Assembly (NCBI GenBank): GCA_002269645.1
Contig: NIVC01002137.1
Span: forward strand, 1-64,000
DNA: 64,000 bases
Direction of reading: 5' to 3'
Source of the DNA: Macrostomum lignano
Lineage: Eukaryota
The translations under genes and the position numbers were made by a program. The notes beneath the pieces are model-generated. The model did no database searches. It worked only from the letters and a program-made list of their open reading frames with translations, and had not been told where the DNA came from. Shown piece after piece: positions 33,030 through 63,263 of this stretch; within the stretch, counting starts at the first letter, position 1; the number at the start of each line of letters is the position of its first letter.

Positions 33030-33235
33030 TTAGGTGGCAGAACAGCTCATTAGTAAACGCGTTTCACTCTAGCGCCCACGAATTTGGTTCGATTCCTGAC
33101 GCTTGGAAAATCGCAAGACCATTTTACATGCATGCACACCCCGTGTGAGCGTGTGTACATGTATAAGTGTGTGCCTGCGTGCGTTAAGTATTTGAGTATT
33201 GTATGCTCAGAGTCAGTGGAATGGGCAGTATCGAT
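33030..33235 (+). mobile_element. Degraded tRNA-derived SINE (family B)
   Basis: B-box GGTTCGATTCC lies at ~33086. Segment 33140-33232 resembles the reverse complement of 54228-54305. Confidence 0.45.
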
Positions 33236-34936
33236 CTTCCTAATTGTATTCCTTGTTAGCACCTCCTACGCTCAGGTACAGTGTAGACTCCGACTTAATA
33301 TGGACATGGTTTAACCCCCCCCCCCAATTGCTACTTCAAACTTTACCTAATAATTAATTTATCGTTTCTACAAAGACAAAGAACAAAGGTGAAAGAAACT
33401 GCGGAAATTAAATATACATGTAATGGGTCACGTGTCTGGTTAGTGGAACCGGATATTGGATTGGGTTAATTAAGATCGGCCGGCGTCAAAGGGCTGCAAC
33501 AGGTCGCGGGGTGCTAAGCAAGAGATGAGCCCACATGTAGCAACCATAAGGCTAACGTAGATAAATCTTGTTTAATCCAAAAAAGGCATTTGCAACTCGG
33601 CGTCAACCGGACGCTAAACCGGAAAATCGTGTGCGGAGAGGCCGATTGTTGCTGCTACAAAATGCATTAGCGAGGATGTTTTCAAACAGACTAAGTAGAC
33701 GCTATCTTACCTTAATACTCAAAACATAAAAAAATTTAAATAGGATTTTGATATAGACAAGCTCGCGCTTGACAAAACTTGTTGAGGAAAATGCTCTAAG
33801 TAGATTAGGAACAAGTAAAGAGTTTGCTGAGGATAATTTCTGAAAGAAACTTGCTGAACAGGTGAATCAGACTCAGAGAAAGCACATGTATTTAATTTAA
33901 TTTAGTTGCAACCCAGGAGTTCACAAGGTGAGACACGGGTTTTGCTAATTTAGAGAGCCAAGTCCCTGAAAACTTTGTATATGTAACTAGCTAACCTATT
34001 TGGCAGCAATTCCCAAGTGCTGGCGTCCATATGCTTCCTATTTGGTTTTTACTACGTACAATTTAGGGCATTTCAAAGGGCCGGCAGAGTTCAATTTTCA
34101 GCATAGACGAAGAACTGAAAGAACGACGTGTTTTTAATCGAAAATTTACATTACAGTCAGTTTGAAGACTTAAATTTTTATCAGATAAAAGTTAGGCAGT
34201 GGGAGAGTAGGGAGCAGAACTTTGATGAGCGCTTCAAATTACAGTCTCGCTCCAGTGCGGCTGGAAATTACATCCGCTCAGTACAGTACATGTAATGTTT
34301 TTTAAAAAGAAATTTGAGCAGTGCAGACGACAGCATGCAATCTTGGCCAGTCTTATCCAACTCCTGCCGAACCTGCCATGGCCATACGCAGCACTTATCG
34401 GAAATTGCATTCATTCAGATGGACTCTGGTCGTGCTAAGTCAATTATAAAGTTCACCATCAAGTTCTATTGGTTCCTAGATATTTAAGTTCGGAGAATTG
34501 TATTGGAGAACTTCCCAGGTGCTACAAGACAAACCTCGTGATCTTCCGTAGTATTTTCCAAATGTAGCTTGTTGCAACCTTACTAACAAGATGACGAGTT
34601 CCTTTAGGTTTTACTCGTACGCTGGCAGCATCGCGAAGGGTTTTCATGCAGTCAGAACTGCAGACTGCAGTCTTTCGCCCTCCATAGGACAGAACAGAAA
34701 ATACCCGAACTGGCAGCTGATATGAGGCTTGAACTAATTACCCGCAGGCCTCCGAAACCTTAGCAGAGACAGCTGCTGACGATGCAAATTAACAGCGCTA
34801 AAAGGAAGCTTATTGAAACGCCTGCACTCCATTTCGTAATCACCATCTTGAAGACAGACTTCGACCGTCACAATCCCATTCAACTGACTAGCACGATAAG
34901 GCATACACTGGATGTGCAGTGGCAAATGGTTGTGCA

Positions 34937-35225
34937 GGGGGTTGTATAGCCTAGTGGCTAGAGCGTCGGGCTCACGACTTGAAGGTCGGGGGTTCGATCT
35001 TTGATCCCACTGGAACAATTTGTGTCCTGGAGCAAGACACTTAACTCTGCATTGTTTCAGTTCACCCAGCTGTAAAATGGGTGCTAGCATTGGCTTGGGT
35101 AATTGAGGGTGTGTGGCGACCCCCCAGTCCTTGGACTGAACAGCCGTACACAGCCTTCGGATTTGCCGCGTAATGGCTGCGGCTGAGCTGTCGGTTGCAC
35201 ATCTGGCCCAATTTGGATAGGTGTA
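34937..35225 (+). mobile_element. tRNA-derived CORE-like SINE (family A, copy 2)
   Basis: It is collinear with and highly similar to 23314-23590 across the head, core and tail. Confidence 0.78.
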
Positions 35226-36294
35226 ACCAATTATGATTATTAGTGGCAAATCCACATGCACTCTGTGTCTTACTCATGGTGTTGCCCCCCCCCCCCCGTT
35301 TGTGGCATCACAGTCAGACATGCTGACTTCCATATACTAAAAATGGTTCTCATCTCAGAATTGAGAAGAAAGCTGATAAACAGACACGGATCCCTACTCG
35401 ACGTCCAGTGCTCAAAGCTGGATTCTGAGTTATTTGATTCAATGTTTTCAGCGAGTCGAACCGAAAGTATCAGCAAAGACTGCATCATTATTATTATTTA
35501 TAGTATGTATAAATTTTGTATCAGCAGAACCTCCGCCACAGCTGTCACGACAGGGGCTTACCGTGCCGTATCTTGCCTCGGCAGTTGTGCCACATCCAAT
35601 TCCATGTTTTTTATCTAAACATAGAGAATGCATACTCTGCTTCTCAGCCGGAAATTCCCCAGCGGGGGTATGGAGTCGCAGTGATCTATCTGTCTATCCC
35701 ACGGACTCCCCAGCCCATGCTGATCGGACAAGCAGGGGATTAGCGCCCGATAATCCGCGGGCGCAATGCCAGGACCAGCTGCCTCATCAACGGGGCAATC
35801 TGCAGGAGACACACGTCAACCATTTCCTACGTCAGAAAACAACAAAATTACCTTTTTGTTAGCAGGGAAATTAATTAAACACTCAGGCAAAGCGTCTGAC
35901 AGAATTCTGCTGTACAACCTATTATAATTTAATTATGAAAATAATTGTTAATGAAAATTTGCTAGATAAATTGCAGCGTTTTAATTAGAGAAAATTTGGC
36001 ACATAACTACGAGTATAGCGATCAATGATGTCAAACAAACACTGTGAAAAACGATGAATGTGAAATTATAATGAAAACGCTAAAATAGTTCGCAAATATA
36101 TGGAAGACTACAAAAGCATGACTAAAGTGTAATTTATAATTCTATCGAACGAGAAGTTCAACAATAATACTTGGAATTATAAAGAGTAAAAGCAAAAAAC
36201 CTTAAAATATTGATGTATCGAATAAAAAAGAAGACCAATCGAAGTGAGTCCTGACACAGATGAAATTGCAGAGTAGGGACTTCAGCCAGCTTAG

Positions 36295-37710
36295 TGACTG
36301 AGGATCTGAGAGGCTGGCCCAGCAACTGAGGATCTGGGAGGCTGGCCCAGCAACTGAGGATCTGGGAGGCTGGCCCAGCAACTGACACTCTGGGAGGCTG
36401 GCCCAGCAACTGAGGATCTGGGAGGCTGGCCCAGCAACTAAGGATCTGGGAGGCTGGCCCAGCAACTGACACTCTGGGAGGCTGGCCCAGCAACTGAGGA
36501 TCTGGGAGGCTGGCCCAGCAACTGAGGATCTGGGAGGCTGGCCCAGCAACTGACACTCTGGGAGGCTGGCCCAGCAACTGACACTCTGGGAGGCTGGCCC
36601 AGCAACTAAGGATCTGGGAGGCTGGCCCAGCAACTGACACTCTGGAGGCTGGCCCAGCAACTGAGGATCTGGGAGGCTGGCCCAGCAACTGAGGATCTGG
36701 GAGGCTGGCCCAGCAACTGACACTCTGGGAGGCTGGCCCAGCAACTGAGGATCTGGGAGGCTGGCCCAGCAACTAAGGATTTGGGAGGCTGGCCCAGCAA
36801 CTGACACTCTGGGAGGCTGGCCCAGCAACTGAGGATCTGGGAGGCTGGCCCAGCAACTGAGGATCTGGGAGGCTGGCCCAGCAACTGACACTCTGGGAGG
36901 CTGGCCCAGCAACTGAGGATCTGGGAGGCTGGCCCAGCAACTGAGGATCTGGGAGGCTGGTGGCCCAGCACCTGAGGATCTGGGAGACTGGCCCAGCAAC
37001 TGAGGATTTGTGAGGGGAGACTGGCCCAGCAACTGAGGATCTGGGAGGCTGGTGGCCCAGCACCTGAGGATCTGGGAGACTGGCCCAGCAACTGAGGATC
37101 CGGGAGGCTGGCCCAGCAACTGAGGATCTGTGAGGCTGGTGGCCCAGCAACTGAGGATCTGGGAGTCTGGCCCAGTAACTGAGGATCTGGGAGGCTGGCC
37201 CAGCAACTGACACTCTGGGAGGCTGGCCCAGCAACTGAGGATCTGTGAGGCTGGTGGCCCAGCAACTGAGGATCCGGGAGGCTGGCCCAGCAACTGAGGA
37301 TCTGTGAGGCTGGTGGCCCAGCAACTGAGGATCTGGGAGGCTGGCCCAGCAATTCAGGATCTGGGAGGTTGGCCCAGCAACTGAGGATTTGGGAGGCTGG
37401 TGGCCCAGCAACTGAGGATCTGGGAGTCTGGCCCAGTAACTGAGGATCTGGGAGGCTGGCCCAGCAACTGAGGATCTGGGAGGCTGGCCGAGCAATGCAG
37501 GATCTGGGAGGTTGGCCCAGCAATGCAGGATCTGGGAGGTTGGCCCAGCAACTGAGGATTTGGGAGGCTGGTGGCCCAGCAACTGAGGATCTGGGAGTCT
37601 GGCCCAGTAACTGAGGATCTGGGAGGCTGGCCGAGCAATGCAGGATCTGGGAGGTTGGCCCAGCAATGCAGGATCTGGGAGGCTGGCCCAGCAACTGAGG
37701 ATTTGGGAGG
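36295..37710. repeat. 28-bp minisatellite (GGCTGGCCCAGCAACTGAGGATCTGGGA) immediately downstream of the SNX25 stop
   Basis: About 50 units; the same unit recurs at 63375-63445. Confidence 0.95.
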
Positions 37711-37718
37711 GTACAAAC

Positions 37719-40700
37719 CTATAGAGCGACCTCCTCCAAGAGAGCCAAGAGCCAGCCGTACAGCAGGGCCTTATTAGCCACCTGGCTGCAGGTGAACATC
37801 CAGTGCAGGAAGGCCACTCCCTGCCTGGCGCTCCGCTCGCCCAGCAGCAGCAGCGCAGGCTCCGGGAGGCTGGCCTGCATCAGCTGCAGGCACCGCGCCG
37901 ATTCTGAGCGGTCCTGTCGCCGCTGCTCGAAGTCGTCATGACGAGAGGCCGCTGCCTCCGCTGGTGGCCACAGGGTGTCCCGCAGCGCGCTCAAGTAGGA
38001 CAGCGAAGCCTCCGGCCCCGTCCAGGCCGCCAGGAGGTCGCGGCACCAGCGCTCTGCGGTGGTCTGGCCGCCGGCGTGCATGGCGAACAGGTGCAGCAGG
38101 CGGCGGGGTGCGCTGGACGAGCCAGCGAGGTCGAAGACGGCGTCGGCCAGGTGAAAGACGGCGTCGGCGAGCGGCTCCGGCGGCTGCTGCCTGGAGGATT
38201 GACGAATGATGAAGGATTAGTGATCTGAGGATTAGTGATCTGAGGATTAGTGATCTGAGGATTGGTGAACTGAGGATTGGTGAACTGAGGATTGGTGAAC
38301 TGAGGATTGGTGAACTGAGGATTGGTGAACTGAGGATTAGTGAACTGAGGATTAGTGAACTGAGGATTGGTGAACTGAGGATTAGTGAACTGAGGATTGG
38401 TTAACTGAGGATTGGTGAACTGAGGATTGGTGAACTGAGGATTGGTGAACTGAGGATTAGTGAACTGAGGATTGGTGAACTGAGGATTGGTGAACTGAGG
38501 ATTAGTGAACTGAGGATTAGTGAACTGAGGATTGGTGAACTGAGGATTGGTGAACTGAGGATTAGTGAACTGAGGATTGGTGAACTGAGGATTAGTGAAC
38601 TGAGAATTAGTGAAATGAGGATTAGTGAACTGAGGATTGGTGAACTGAGGATTAGTGAACTGAGAATTAGTGAAATGAGGATTAGTGAACTGAGGATTAG
38701 TGAATAGTGGATTAGTGAACGGATGATTTGTGAACGGAGGATTGGTGAACGGATAATTGTGTTAAGAAAGATGAGTTGCACGAAGTGTAATTGCAAATTT
38801 ATTCTATTTTGATAGGTGAATCCGTATGCCTCTCCTGAATTTCCCTGGTGAACGCAGTTAGCACAACTCATAAAAAAGACGTCACTATAATGAGGCATAA
38901 TATATCTAACAGGTGTTCTATAAGTACCAAGCATAAAAATAGCCTGTTTAATTTCCTAAAAATCGAGCCAACCATCTGTCTTAGCAAAGCTGATAATCTT
39001 TTTATAAATCTATGAATTTAATAACGGAAATGACTTTCTGAGCCGTCAAACATCCAAATGAAAACTTTTTCGCACCTGGCTGCTGAAGATGAGGCCTGAG
39101 ACTGTTGCTGCTGCAGCTGCTGGCTAGCAGAGATGGACTTCAGAGACGGGGAGATGCACAGCGGGCCAAGACCGTCGGCTGCCGCCGCTGTCGAAACAGG
39201 CAAAGGCGGCAACGGCGGCGGCTTTGGCAGATCGTGCGATGATCGGGGATGAGCAGTATAGGCAGACTCGGTGAGCAGTCGATGCAGCGAGTCGCAAGCG
39301 CAGGCCACCGGATCGGAGAGCGCCGCGTTCAAGTAGGCCTCGGCCGATTCTGGCCCCGGGCGGGACAGAGCTCGAGAGATTCCGGCCGACGATCGTCTTG
39401 CCGATGCCGACGATAGCAGCTGGCTGAGCTCAACGCTGAGCCGGCGAACCGACTCCAGCGACACGCTGACCTGCCAGCCGATGCCGTCCCCAGCTGGCTC
39501 TGACTCGGTACCGGAGGCTTGTGGCGGGCAGCAGACCTGTGCAAACGCGCGGCACAATTTAAAAGTTGATTTCAAACTTTACAATCGGTCATTTGTACCA
39601 ACCTGAAACCGCACCGAACTTGCGCCGCTGCGAGCGTCGGTCAACAGCCGAACTCGCCATCGACCAAGACGCTCCGTCCAGGCATCGGCGATTTCAGCAT
39701 AGGCGATCAGCCGCCTCCGCTCCAGATGCAAGCCGGACAGCTCCGCGGCCAGACGATCGCTGAACGCGGCCGATGGAAACACGGCGGCATCAATGTCGTC
39801 GCCGCAGTCAACGTTGTGTCGTTGAAACGCGTCGAGCTGAACTTGTTTGCGGCGAATGCGCGCGTCCAGAGCAGCGAGGGCGTCGCTGCACGGATCGTCA
39901 GGCGGAAGTGTCGCAAGTTTTGACAATGCCGCAGATGACGCTGCTGGTAATGAGGATTTTGTCTCTGCGGGAGCTGATGCTAAAGACGCCATCCCTGATG
40001 ATACGGATGTTGACATAAAGGATGCAGATGTCATCTCTGACGATGCGGATGTCATCCCTGACGATGCGGATGTTGACTTAACGGATGCGGATGTTGTCCC
40101 TGAAGATGTGGATGTTAACTTAACGGATGCGGATGTCATCCCTGACGATGTGGATGTTGACTTAACGGATGCGGATGTCATCCCTGACGATGCGGATGTT
40201 GACTTAACGGATGCGGATGTTGTCCCTGACGATGCGGATGTTAACTTAACGGATGCGGATGTCATCCCTGACGATGCGGATGTTGACTTAACGGATGCGG
40301 ATGTCATCCCTGACGATGCGGATGTTAACTTAACGGATGCGGATGTCATCCCTGACGATGCGGATGTTGACTTAACGGATGCGGATGTCGACTTAACGGA
40401 TGCGGATGTCATCCCTGACGATGCGGATGTCGACTTTACGGATGCGGATATTGTACCTAATGATGCGGACGTCGACAGATAAGTAGATGCCAAAGAAGAA
40501 GAGTTATCTCCGTCAGCGAGAGCATTGTCAGGTGTCAAGCCTCGCCTACAGAAATTCTCAAACTGCGGACTAATAACGAAGGTGCAGTACCAGAACTGCT
40601 CGGCGCAGTTGGCCACATCTCGCGCAATCGCTTCAAAACCCTCGACGCTTAATGAACGGCCAAGCAGAAAATCCCGAGCTAAGTTAAAATTTACAGCGGC

Positions 40701-42154
40701 ACTCTGGGTTGCGGGAGCGATGTAGACTAACTGTGAAGTGCCTCGATGTAGGTAGCGCTTGTACAGCTGCCAGGCCTCATCGTATAATCTTCGCAGAGCC
40801 AGTTTTGAGCTGCAGTCAGCGGCAGCAGCGAGCTCCGATAGTCGTTTTGCAGCCGCCCAGTAGTCCAACAGGACGGCTTCGTCAGGTTGTCGCTGCGACA
40901 CGAATCTGCGAAATTCAGCTCGGAAGGCTTCGTGCTCAAGGATTACCTGGCAGTTAAAGGTGTAGTGTTGTTAAGTGAGTGCTAATCGATTGAATAGAGT
41001 TCGGTTTCGCACCCTACCTGCAGTGAGTAAACTTGCAAAGACGCTCGCTCCGCTTCCACGTCTTCGAGATCGTCAAATTCTCTACTGTATGACTCGCCTG
41101 AGCCGTCGTCACAGCCGCCGCCTCCGCCACCATCGCCAATGCCGCCGACTCCGACGGACTTGTCTGACAGCAGGCCAGCCAGCCGCTGCTGGCAGAGCGC
41201 CTCGCACTGGCCCAGCTGGTTCAGGTAGCGTCGCAAATCGCGGTTCATCAGCTGGCCAGCTTTAGATGAATATTGTACAGCAGCCTGGGCGCCTTGCTGC
41301 TGTTGACGCTGCAGAGTTCGCAGCGCGCTAGCGTGCAAAATTTCGGCGCGCACACTGGCGCGTAATTGGCGCAGAGCTGGCGCCGATTCGCATTGTAAAA
41401 TTTGCCGTACGAAATCTTCAAAACTGCCGGCCGCAATTCGTTCGTATCGAATCCGACGACTGCGCTCGGCCAAGTGGCCGGAGACGAGACGGGCGAGGAC
41501 TTCCGGACAGGTGGCCGAGTCCATGGCCGGCTGGAGGACGTACCGGGCCAGCAAGTCAGTCAAAGCCACACGCACAGGCAGGCAGCGGCCGAGAGCGGCG
41601 GCCTCGGAGTCCAGACTGTCCAGCAGACGGCCGGCGACGGCTTGCAGCAGTCGACGCTCGTCGGCGTCGTTGCGAAGGAACTCCGGCACGGGCAGCTTGG
41701 CGGCTGGCCGAGCCGGCCGTCCGAGTTGCTGTCGGCTCTGCTGGCATCGGCGAAGCTGGAGAGCGTGCGCCGCGGCCAGCGGCAGCAGTCGGCGATGGCA
41801 CAGGCGGTGCCAGTCGACCCGAGCCAGCCGAACGGCCGCGGCCAACAGGAACCGCTGAATAAGGCGACGAACCCGTCTGGACAGGCTGGCCGGACACCAG
41901 GCTTCACCGGCCAGCTGCCGATGAAAGACCAGCTCGGCCAGTTCGGCCACAGCCGCTGCAACCTGCGGATCGAGCAGCTTGATTCCAGGATCTTCCGCTT
42001 CCTTCTGGTCTTCTTCTGGCCGTTGCTTCTGCTGCTGCTGCTGCTCTTCAACTGCGAAGCTGCAGACTCCCCGCCGATCGGCCAGGGAGGCGGCAGCGCG
42101 GATCAATAGGATGAGCGAGCAGCACAGCAGGAACAGGGCTATTGTGAGAAGCAT
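37719..42154 (-). CDS. SNX25: Sorting nexin 25-like (TM-PXA-RGS-PX-PXC), 4 exons, ~1137 aa
   Basis: Exons 42154-41018, 40946-39603, 39536-39076 and 38190-37719 have GT-AG junctions (phases 0, 0, 2). Motifs AAGSFEDFVRQI, LRRYLNQL, DAWTERLGRWRVRL, LRDTLWP and ANKALLY match SNX25. The start codon and any upstream exon are uncertain. Confidence 0.82.
38205..38760. repeat. 15-bp minisatellite (CTGAGGATTAGTGAA) next to the acceptor of SNX25 intron 3
   Basis: About 35 units that degrade with distance from the splice site. Confidence 0.95.
39985..40480 (-). repeat. In-frame coding minisatellite (21/42-bp units, SASVKSTSASSGMT) inside SNX25 exon 2
   Basis: The repeat keeps the frame between the RGS segment and the LAALDARIRRK coiled coil. 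Confidence 0.85.
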
Positions 42155-42264
42155 GTGACGCAATGTAGCTGTTTAGACAATTATATGCTGCTCAGCCGGC
42201 TGCAATTCGCAATTTGTTACAGGCGTTGAAAATTGAGGCTTGAACTCTGTGAACCATGTACCAT

Positions 42265-42990
42265 GAAAAATCTCATCCAATCCCATTCAAAATCTCATCC
42301 CGTACCATTCAAAATCTCACACGATACATTCAAAATCTCATCCCATACCATTTAAAATCTCACCCCATACAATTTAAAATCTCATCCCATACCATTTAAA
42401 ATCTCACCCCATACAATTCAAAATCTCATCCCATACCATTTAAAATCTCACCCCATACCCTGCATTCAAAATCTCATCCCATACTATTTAAAATCTCACC
42501 CCATACAATTCAAAATCTCATCCCATACCATTTAAAATCTTAACCCCATACCCTGCATTCAAAATCTCATTCCATACCATTCAAAATTTCATTCCAAACA
42601 ATTCAAAATCTCATCCCCTGCCATTCAAAATGTCATCTCATACCATTCAAAATCTCATCCCATTCAAAATCTCATCCCATGCCATTCAAAATCTCATCCC
42701 CTGCCATTCAAAATCTCATCCCATGCCATTCAAAATCTCATCCCATGCCATTCAAAATCTCATCCCATGCCATTCAAAATCTCATTCCATACCATTCAAA
42801 ATCTCACCCCATACCCTGCATTCAAAATCTCATCCCATACCATTTAAAATCTCACCCCATACAATTCAAAATCTCATCCCATACCATTTAAAATCTCACC
42901 CCATACCCTGCATTTGAAATCTCATTCCATAGCATTCAAAATCTCATCCTATGCATTCAAAATCTCATGTCATGTCATTCAAAGTCTCAC
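42265..42990. repeat. ~21-bp minisatellite (CCATTCAAAATCTCATCCCAT)
   Basis: Tandem units of the same family as 44640-45345. Confidence 0.92.
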
Positions 42991-43554
42991 CCGACGCCAT
43001 ATTTCCTAAATGTACTTTTTCTAGATAAATACTAAAACAAATCTATCTATAGGAAACCCCCATTGAACGCATTGCGAAATCATTTTAGAAAATGTGTACG
43101 GCGCCCCTCGCACGAAACACTAATTTGAAATTGGGAAATCCCAATGAGGTGAGATGTTGGGAAATTTGTGCTACAAAATCTGACAACTTCCTATCTGCAT
43201 CTGAAATGAGAAATTTGACTATCAAATATTCCATAATGTTTCACAAAAATTACATTTATTCTCAATTTATATTAAAAGATACACAGAAGACGGTTGGATG
43301 AAAAGCTTTGATTTCAATCCGAGTTGAATTAGTCTGCTCAAAGTGGTCACGCAAGCATAATAATGGAGCCACACTGCGTAAGGTTAAGGATTTTTTAAAC
43401 TGAAATCTAATTAAAACTGACCATCTGCGACTTTACTGTCAAACCGCTCATGCGGATAAAAAATATGTTGACTTTTTTAAATCTAGCTAAATTAATTCTG
43501 TGGAATCATGATATGCTGACAGAATTAACTAGACATTTTGGAAAAAATATTTCT

Positions 43555-44150
43555 AAACCATCAAATCTCATCCTAGATCTCATACCTCAGATGCAGCTTT
43601 CAAACTCTCATGTTAGATCTCATACCCCAGATGCAGCTTCCGAAATCTCATCCTAGACCTCATACCCCAGATGCAGCTTCAGAAATCTCACTCTAGATCT
43701 CATACCCCAGATGCAGCTTCCGAAATCTCACCCTAGATCTCATACCCCAGATGCAGCTTCCGAAATCTCATCCTAGACCTCATACCCCAGATGCAGCTTC
43801 AGAAATCTCATCCTAGATCTGATACCCCAGATGCAGCTTCAGAAATCTCATCCTAGACCTCATACCCAGATGCAGCTTCCGAACTCTCATCCTAGATCTG
43901 ATACCCCAGATGCAGCTTCAGAAATCTCACCCTAGATCTCATACCCCAGATGCAGCTTCAGAAATCAAATCTCACCCTAGATCTGATACCCCAGATGCAG
44001 CTTCAGAAATCTTACTCTAGATCTCATACCCTTGATGCAGCTTTCAAAATCTAACCCTAGATCTCACACCCTTGATGGAGCCTCCGAAATCTCACTGTAG
44101 ATCTCATACCCTTGATGCAGCTTCTAAAAATCTCACCCTATCCTAAACCC
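43555..44150. repeat. ~40-bp minisatellite (CTAGATCTCATACCCCAGATGCAGCTTCAGAAATCTCAC)
   Basis: About 14 units. Confidence 0.9.
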
Positions 44151-44639
44151 TTTACGCAGCTTAAAAAAATTCCATACTTACATAAATAAAAGAAATAACA
44201 ATTCACAAAACCAATAATTGATTAATCACATTAAATGACTAATTAAAACGAGTTCAAAATTTATAATCCATTCGACATATTTCAATGCACATATCAGGCT
44301 TAGAAGTATATATCGTAAAAATTATATTGAAAAATGAACAATCAATGAAGTTAACACTCACAATAAAGCATTGCCTAAGCATAAACTAAACTGTCAATAA
44401 TTGAAAACAATTAATGCTGTTCAATCATATATAACAACTAAACAGTGAATGCTGATTATTATGCGGTAGTACGGTAACCATAATAATTCTATAACGATAA
44501 GAGGTAAATAAGGAAGCAAGCAATTTCATTTCAAATAAATATTTGGGACAAGCTGCAGTTCTGAATAGCTTTGACTCAAAATCTGATCTTCTCAATCGTT
44601 TAAAAAATCTCAGACTTTTTATTCATAGCGTTGCCATAA

Positions 44640-45345
44640 TAATACCATTTAAGCCATTCAAATATCCTTACCATTGTTTTAAATATCTATAAATAGCCTT
44701 ATTTGTTGAAAGTGAAAAAATTACATACAAAATTTCATCATTTAGCTGCATTCAAATCCGTTTATTCAAAATCTCATCGTATGCCATTCAAAATCTCATC
44801 CCATGCATTCAAAGTCTCATCCCATGCCATAAAAAATATCATCCTGTCATTCAAAATCTCATCCCATGAATTCGAAATCTCATTCTATGCCATTCAAAGT
44901 CTCATCCCATGCCAATAAAAATATCATCCTATGCATTCAAAATCTTATTCTATGCCATTCAAAATCTCACCCTAAGCCATTAAAATCTCATCCAATGCCA
45001 TTAAAAATCTTATCCCATGCCATTCAAAATCTCACCCTATGCCATTCAAAATCTCACTTTATGCCATTCAAAATCTCACTTTATGCCATTCAAAATCTCA
45101 TCTTATGCCATTCAAAATCTCACTTTATGCCATTCGAAATCTCACTCTAAGCCATTAAAAATCTCATCCCATGCCATTAAAAATCTTATCCCATGCCATT
45201 CAAAATCTCATCCCATGCCATTAAAAATCTTATCCCATGCCATTCAAAATCTCATCTTATGCCATTCAAAATCTCACTTTATGCCATTCAAAATCTCACC
45301 CTATGCCATTCAAAATTTCACCCTATGCCATTCAAAATCATATCT
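44640..45345. repeat. ~21-bp minisatellite (GCCATTCAAAATCTCATCCCAT)
   Basis: Tandem units of the same family as 42265-42990. Confidence 0.9.
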
Positions 45346-45422
45346 AAAATGTTTAAAATAGCAGGTCAATTAAAAAGTCACTCAAAACGTCAATTTAAAA
45401 AATTTAAAAGACCTGTACTCGC

Positions 45423-63263
<17,841 letters not shown>

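Noticed and set aside
34320-34700. Possible decayed Tc1/mariner transposase (GTRHLVSKVATSYIWKILRK on the minus strand)
   Set aside because: The resemblance to a helix-turn-helix is weak, there are multiple stops, and no DDE/D motif or terminal inverted repeats were found.
34937-35010. tRNA gene candidates here, at 23314 and at 54430-54510
   Set aside because: A and B boxes are present, but acceptor stems do not close and the heads continue into shared SINE bodies.
39847-40482. 211-aa acidic plus-strand ORF (DADVDLT repeats)
   Set aside because: It is the antisense reading of the SNX25 coding repeat and has no independent gene signals.
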